The notes under the pieces were generated by a model that was not told where the DNA came from, did no database searches, and saw nothing but the letters and a program-made list of their open reading frames with translations. A stretch of DNA of 64,000 bases from Cytophaga sp. (GTDB lineage: Bacteria; Bacteroidota; Bacteroidia; Cytophagales; Cytophagaceae), in NCBI RefSeq assembly GCF_051961495.1, contig NZ_JBQCDF010000135.1:1372-65371 (forward strand), in the 5' to 3' direction. Below, piece after piece: positions 62,401-64,000 of this stretch. The position numbers were made by a program, and so were the translations under genes. How positions within the stretch are numbered: the stretch's first letter is position 1; each line of letters opens with the position of its first letter.

Positions 62401-64000
62401 AAACAGCACCAGACCAATTACCATTACAGGTAATAACTCTACAGTTGTTTCAAGTGCCATTAACACAACATGGGGAACGTCTGTCAGTACGTTTAAGGCA
62501 GACACATTGGTTTACATCACAGGTAAAGGCAACCAGGTTGGCGGAACAGACACGGGTAATAAAATTACCAATGGAAATATTGCCGGTGTGCTGGTGAATA
62601 CAGGTGCTGCAAACAGCATCTTAAACAATCAGATCACCAACAGTACGCTGGCGATCAAATTAACGAATAACGGAAATACCAATTACAGTAAACCTGCTAA
62701 CCTGATTGGTGCAATCAATGGTACGGTAGCTACTGTACAGGGAACGGCAAGTCCGGGTGCTAAAATTCAATTGTTCTCCAGTACATACGTTGCAGAGCAG
62801 GCGGTTGATTTTGTTATTGAAGTTGTTGCAGACGCATCCGGAAACTGGACCGCAGTAATTCCTTCAGCAAAAATTGACATTACCAAAAACAATTATTTTG
62901 TAGCAACTGCAACAAGTCCTACAGGCAGTACATCACAATTATCTCAGGTAGTACGTGTAGGTAATTTTGTTCAGGTCTGTTATGTGACCAATACAAATAA
63001 CGCCGGAGACGGTTCGTTAAGAGAGGCTGTTAATTGCGCCAACCAGGCAGGAATTGGTAGTAATGGTGTAGCGGCAAGAATAGAATTCCTGTTGCCGCAA
63101 ACAAACAATGAAATTTCATTGCTTTCAGGTTTGGTTGTTACAAACAATTTTGGTGTAGAAGTAAATGCACGTACAATACCTGTAACGGTTAAAACAGCCA
63201 ATACAGCGTTGAATTGCTTTAACTGGGCAACAAACAATTTCAAAGTTAAAAACCTGTCGTTTGAAAATTTTGCAAATGCATTGTACTGTACAGGAACAAA
63301 TGCAGTCATTGACTCTAACAGCTTTGTTAATAATAAGAATGCAATCTATGTAAATGCTGCAGATACAATCATCCAGCAGACAATCTCAAACAATTACTTC
63401 ACCGGCGGCACGAGCGGTATTACCAGTGTGAAAGGTTCGTTGGTTGTTGCGAAAAATGCGTTTGGTATTTCAAAAGCAGGTGTTGCCGGACAAATCTCTG
63501 GTTTTGGCGTTGCAGCCAATCACGCGCATTCTATACAATTAACGGATAATACATTTGCAAATATTACGAATAGCCCATCTGCAACAAATCCGGCAACTGC
63601 CAATGGATATGTTGTTTCCCTGGAAAATGCATCGTCAGTTGTTTCAGCGAATATCATCACAGGTACTCCTTTAACAAATTTGCCGGCAGTGAGATTGTTC
63701 GCGAATTCGAAATCAACTGTCACGTTGAATAAAATAACTTCAGCTGCAGAAGGTATCCTGTTTGATCATTGCAGTGAGGTAAACGTATATCAAAATCAAT
63801 TGGCGGCAGTTACGAACAGAGGCTTGAATCTGTTCAGAAGTCAAGGTATCAAGATCTCACAAAATACCATCACAGGACTTTTGGCAACAAAAAAACCAAT
63901 TGAACTGAATCTGTCCACAGCAAATGTTTCAAACTTCAGCAAACAGACACCGGTGATCCTTACATCTACTTACCACGATGGAAAACTTTTCCTTATCGGT
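53432..64000 (+). CDS. Giant modular secreted/surface protein (beta-helix, choice-of-anchor-Q-like, PKD and Ig-like repeats); C-terminus beyond the window
   Basis: Frame spot-checked at 53432, 55622, 60542, 62042, 62942 and 63962, all consistent. No in-frame ORF with a stop in the track. Signal MRHFISTVILFLALIFSNTLLA; KVYYVN..GNSWTTPFKTIEKAL; NPKF..NYRL..SPLINKG..DLDG..R..IDLGAYE; WDFGDG PKD motifs. Alternative ATG at 53408. Confidence 0.9.
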   Translation, partial: MRHFISTVILFLALIFSNTLLAKVYYVNANYTGSTQNGNSWTTPFKTIEKALTVTVDGDQIWVAKGTYTTPNYKSASGYFINNGITIYGGFAGTETSVFARDLALNKSIIQTSNTSNIFNIKQNKDFIIDGVDLTSFGTALFIQYDTIATAYNIQSGDRFKVTLNNCNIYNGQAPASFYHHVDLKITNSQIYNCQSNFYISEDNSLNDFYAPSTVTFENTIVQGTNTLMYSVNAQLNMINCRFSNFNSTMFPSSSGRDVIFKGCEFKNISSQILTNDNTSVTIDNCTFENLNNGPIFYSSNTNIFNISNTTFKNSTCSQIFILKTLSLDNVTFSNINFNYQGIMANGPLKIKNSTMENVHTLNYYFMDAYSDVELDNVTIQNCVGPLLMENKDTSDVLIKNVIFQNNSQDFNEQKGMFFNLAGNVVIDQSQFLNNEIRRSNLGYSMGLFTVSTSLEVTNSTFKDNVSNNVAGVFYSSANNLQIDNCVFENNVSEYQFGYSTVGTGVLYSTGYNNEDAKISNTKFINNSAYNFGVINWVGRDLIIENCIFQKNKSIATARGYMGGGFNSGVIGTFGIAYPYVGSITTIKKCSFSENESIFDAPVIYASNMSALYVDQSSFNNNKCRDGSGAITTVNVVFKVSNSLFENNQTQNATFGVINNSANNTQYGPYPAEIYNSTFVKNTTTGGPGVLSVSVPTTIANSIFWGNGTNAPIIAGSVTPVISNTSVQGGFSDGTKIYDANPKFIDFIGGNYRLSCQSPLINKGNNALGVSLFDLDGTARIFADTIDLGAYETHIDPALANVIPAPTFIVPSTVCKDEVINLVNTTANLSNYTYQWTYGNDQKSTLINPSYAYAQAGTYTITLTASNFCGQSNSLSKQIIVKTVNTPIIETVSVVCPGTEQTYTTNATCQNILWTVAGGTIQSGQGTTSVRILWGDGTTGNGKITLLATGCGTGACEIPVSVEVPIVPANFTLTGPDKVCQGGFSHYETVVKDKSPASLYTWSVKGGSISSAINKGYNLTDIDITWSTSLTEGTVYLTTYNELLKCGKTDSFKVALRPTFKISGATEVCTNASTVYQTVPSIGTVRWQVAGAGNTINSTTGTATWGNADGVYKLTAGPADPTTACNAQDTFVVHVNAKPVVTAIAGETELAVNSIDVYTGLVNTDINNVDFYWSSPGGTIASAYLNTVTIQRNSFSPDYIALSVATKKGACTSAELQIHVKKLFDYTITGPDTVCITTSATYTANVNPGQTSDYSWILNQQGTPVNGITFNPLFNYTGYQQIELKVHSNGKEFIVRKNVYVKSSPSSITVEGPVVIDPAGLQTAVYTVKNFANSNYIVTVTGGVLQSNISNQLTVKWGGTEPFSIQVQDKFASPACNGVPMTLQVKKAADIGKNIIASAPACLNARVDYSFQPDDLTKNLSWSIDGGGSITSSAQNSVTIEWNQTGTHTLTLTYDRFGTQTIQVPIVVNVLPSPVINPGTICGSNSLNISTTQAYNAYEWYLNDAKTAFSALPTPAVNTEGLYTVKVTDNNGCINSSTRYIKQLPLPKASIFTLDEVVVCTQATAALTNIKLSTFEGQDYVYQWYENNVPVSAPLATPFSLPVQKPLNQEAIYAYKVKVSLESCVQYADVKNVIVKSCAGGGGGIGGGCSDPGVSFTVDQNSLCQPFKFNADPSIAGLSGLGWDFGDGSTATGPAPTYKYQDAGIYNVQLTRGCRYDRQPVKVLARAIFKLDQPGCVGDTLVFNDLSVNIPSNKIISWKWNFGDGSPEETYSGSGDRNGKHKYTTANSYTVTLTVYSQSDNAALPVCAFTTQNTYVITPPPTADYIITAPACVGNTYKFVEKGAYGKYGKAPVKWTFSNGQTSVRDTTLQQFNPGNQNVLLKVTDGLGCSSTKSSTITVTAPAVLGKITVTSKDTLLCNGRKVSLSSPVTAKLAYQWYKDGAAIASATNQTYDVSTPGNYSVAYWVTATCNATTAAVKVNSYTVPNLISGNKLNCSGGTLMLSSNLSPSEYSFIWKQNGTKLNNNGSDLVLNNITTAAGGNYQLTVTQNTTGCFATLPDYTVSVSNPPAKPVVNAAAVNICYNTAAVLNTPVVKSGKTFTWYENGSKLAFADTVITTALLKNDASYSVTVKETATGCSTPSDNIAIKVAPAISVVISGDTSLCEQVSSELKSNLDTKDFTFKWYKNNQPYGGDVAKLTFSNIAKADSGQYQLQVISKGTTNLTGCTAVSNIKTIKVKPTAATPVITGVSEFCSGNSIVLSTNLTSDFVWNTGAVTPVITVTSGGTYSVTSTNVASKCIVTATKTVTQNPVPDLSFVPTGDYSRCGTNKIAFDGLNNYPLQSWYVNGVFFSDKKEIYPTKSGKYTLKVTTNKGCISISDTMNIESLECPCYVTNVNDSGDGSLREAINCSNNKPGKDVIKFSIVGTGPFTIKPITQLPTLTDSVVIDGFTQSGVNVFDVIIDGTNISTLNGLVVGSDLANVKISGLKFSNFTKAIVLSTNTQNILVERSQFTNNSNTAVELNYGSTKNIVRNNFIDKGAAGIHFVTGSKYNIIQQNTITNAKNGIALDGASYNKLQSNLIFTSSGDGILINSQSTFNSIVANTVGSSNNNGILIAQNCNSNSLDSNYIGINVSGNVVSNLESGIYISPNTRYTSITANTIGANTLHGIFVEGKNNLIRNNYIGTNVAGNAKPNGVHGIYSTADSLKITGNTIKANSQYGVYIKASSATILANTVTNNISGGIYIDGSKDRISKNIITNTNATVKAINLHLTASAGNAGKLPAVFNNYRRAKSGGIVLSGTTAAGDTVEIFANNNIAQQALLFAGATTADATGYWEIEIPQGAAFDPNQKNFYVNTASTGANNTSELSVPFLTGCFNCVCYVKNTNDSGIESLRATIDESNLGNCLTIKFSMTSPDTIKLLSAVSPLQVPVSIVGPVSAGPDPMIFVKGTGTFNGLVASKDGVSISDLGFTNFKQAIALNSNSNAITDVTVINSTRPITITGNNSTVVSSAINTTWGTSVSTFKADTLVYITGKGNQVGGTDTGNKITNGNIAGVLVNTGAANSILNNQITNSTLAIKLTNNGNTNYSKPANLIGAINGTVATVQGTASPGAKIQLFSSTYVAEQAVDFVIEVVADASGNWTAVIPSAKIDITKNNYFVATATSPTGSTSQLSQVVRVGNFVQVCYVTNTNNAGDGSLREAVNCANQAGIGSNGVAARIEFLLPQTNNEISLLSGLVVTNNFGVEVNARTIPVTVKTANTALNCFNWATNNFKVKNLSFENFANALYCTGTNAVIDSNSFVNNKNAIYVNAADTIIQQTISNNYFTGGTSGITSVKGSLVVAKNAFGISKAGVAGQISGFGVAANHAHSIQLTDNTFANITNSPSATNPATANGYVVSLENASSVVSANIITGTPLTNLPAVRLFANSKSTVTLNKITSAAEGILFDHCSEVNVYQNQLAAVTNRGLNLFRSQGIKISQNTITGLLATKKPIELNLSTANVSNFSKQTPVILTSTYHDGKLFLIG

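Noticed and set aside
53777-63723. Many short ORFs on both strands in the last 10 kb
   Set aside because: All are shadows or alternate frames of the single giant ORF.

Overview
Bacteroidota chromosomal segment that looks Cytophagales/Cytophaga-like (inferred from gene content, an alpha2-type GlyRS, TAnnTTTG promoter boxes and giant PKD/beta-helix proteins). About 1-46 kb is mostly housekeeping: hemH (partial, missed by the ORF track), glyS, an old yellow enzyme, dctA, iscS, glmM, mazG, an EamA transporter, rluD, an ACC-deaminase/D-cysteine desulfhydrase, an M20 dipeptidase, dsbD, an FMN glutamate-synthase family protein, two orphan histidine kinases, Skp, MscS, a 1-Cys peroxiredoxin, an atypical Lpd-like flavoprotein, a cp-ATP-grasp/alpha-E/Anbu cluster, an ABC-F protein, GT2, a ceramidase-like protein and mfd. 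Small accessory genes are interspersed: an AT-rich HEPN-like gene, a 50-aa ORF plus nucleotidyltransferase pair, and small membrane proteins. From 46.6 kb to the end is a co-oriented three-gene surface-protein locus: a 1545-aa unknown, a 688-aa FN3 protein, and an uninterrupted >3500-aa modular adhesin-like ORF absent from the ORF track. A notable non-coding pattern is several families of 7-bp-periodic short tandem arrays sitting at gene boundaries, often as inverted pairs bracketing accessory genes, plus dispersed REP-like palindromes. I saw no rRNA, tRNA, CRISPR array or transposase.
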